64,000 nt of DNA from contig NC_073399.1 of the NCBI RefSeq assembly GCF_028641065.1, forward strand, positions 19,096,001 through 19,160,000. Direction: 5' to 3'. The number at the start of each line of letters is the position of its first letter. Position 1 is the first letter of the stretch. Below, piece by piece: positions 62,641 through 64,000 of this stretch. Position numbers and translations under genes: made by a program. The stretch is from Leucoraja erinacea. Its lineage: Eukaryota. The notes under the pieces were generated by a model. The model did no database searches and was not told where the DNA came from. It saw only the letters and a list, made by a program, of their open reading frames with translations.

Positions 62641-63889
62641 GCAAGGCAGTTAAAAAATACTCCTGTGAGTACTTAAAAAACAAATGGGGGTGAGGGGTCG
62701 CTCCCTCCAACAAGCAATCAAGTCATTATCAAATTCTGCAGAAAAAAGCAGTAATTGGATTTGGATCAAAAGAAGAGAAAACAATTGGGCTGCAAGATGA
62801 AGACAGGAGGGTATGAAATTGGGGAGGGGGGTGTAACTGGGACGCCAAGGTATCATCGTTGAGCCCTCTGGAGATGTTGTGGGCTTGTCAATGAAAGGTC
62901 AAAGAAGAAGGGTGCCCACCTGTGACCCCGATGATGTACCCACCCTACCTTTCACTATTCCAATCCCACTGCAAATAGCAAGAGTGCCGACTGATTACAG
63001 AAAACATCAAGTCCTATTAGCTCGATTTAGGGTTAAAATTAGGGTTAACTTTTCAACTGGAAGACAATGTCACTGATGGGCAGTGAATGACATTGAGAAA
63101 ATAGAATAATGCACAATATCCAACCAGATTGTTGTGTATAAGATTATAACTACCTTTAAGAACTTGATGTACCATAGGTTGAACTTTGAGTCATGTGTGT
63201 GTTGGTATCTCATCATTCTTACGCTTATCTATATGTTAGCATATGCCGTGTACTTTAGTTCGATAAAGAAAACCCACTGGCAATTGCTTAACTAAAACCT
63301 GTGTCTGTTTCCATCAACATGCTCCCACCGTAACTTCTTACAAATGGCGATGAGGATCGGATAGAGTTTGTGAACTCAACATTTAAGTTCAGCGTAGGAC
63401 TGTTTTGCAACATGCCGTATTGTTTTAACATTTTAAACGGCAAATGCAGAGCTGTGTCACTGGTGCTTGTAAACAGGACATGACTGATTGGCGATCCTTC
63501 TATGCATGGGGCTGTAGTGTAAAGCAGCAGCTACACAAATCCTCAAGACCATGTTTGTGTCTACGTGGCAGGAATTGGCAAAATAAAGTGTACAACTGAT
63601 GCGCATAAGAGGGCCTGTGATTGGACGACAGGTGACTCACTCGTGTGTGGCGACAACAGCACATGCAACAAGCACACTGGCTGTTATTGGTTCTTGGTCC
63701 TCCAAAATATTCCAAATCGAATTTAAACTGGAGGTGGCGGAGGGTAGATTTAAGCAAAAAAGGATTCTTGGAGAAGAAGAGCTACCTTAAATTTAGTTGC
63801 ATCTGGTTGAGTAACTATGGTAGGGTGAAGATTATGTTGTATCAGATCTAGGATCTGTCTGTAAGCTTGCCCTCTGTTGGTTACAGAGT

Positions 63890-64000
63890 ACAGAGGCTTC
63901 TCAACTTACGATATTTTGACTTTATGATGGTGCAAAAGTGATACACATTAGCTCAAAACCGTACTTCAAATTTTGAATATTGATCTTTTCAATGAACCAG
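63890..64000 (+). mobile_element. TcMar-Tigger-like DNA transposon end
   Basis: TA followed by CAGAGGCTTCTCAACTTACGAT...TTTATGATGGTGCAAAAG...AAACCGTACTTC, resembling recalled Tigger-family termini. Confidence 0.55.

Overview
Vertebrate genomic DNA, most likely a cartilaginous fish (skate/ray-like: HE1-type V-SINEs, CR1 LINEs with a (TTCTATGT)n tail, Rex1, L2, Penelope-like and Helitron repeats). I reconstructed three complete spliced genes by hand: WBP2 (minus, 23.7-35.9 kb, divergent C-terminus), ATP5PD (minus, 161 aa) and KCTD2 (plus, 217 aa). ATP5PD and KCTD2 share a bidirectional YY1/ETS promoter. A fourth gene, invisible in the ORF track, is a two-exon minus-strand gene (61473-62522) encoding a 71-aa single-pass membrane microprotein that I cannot assign to a family. 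A possible UNC13D exon lies at 4.7 kb. The most striking signal is a ~120-140 bp retroposon present in two copies with target-site duplications. Its 5' head folds element-for-element into a minimal HDV/CPEB3-like self-cleaving ribozyme, followed by a stem-loop and an (AAG)n tail. Penelope repeats also carry minimal hammerhead cores. All calls come from reading the sequence and from recalled homologous proteins; no database searches were run.
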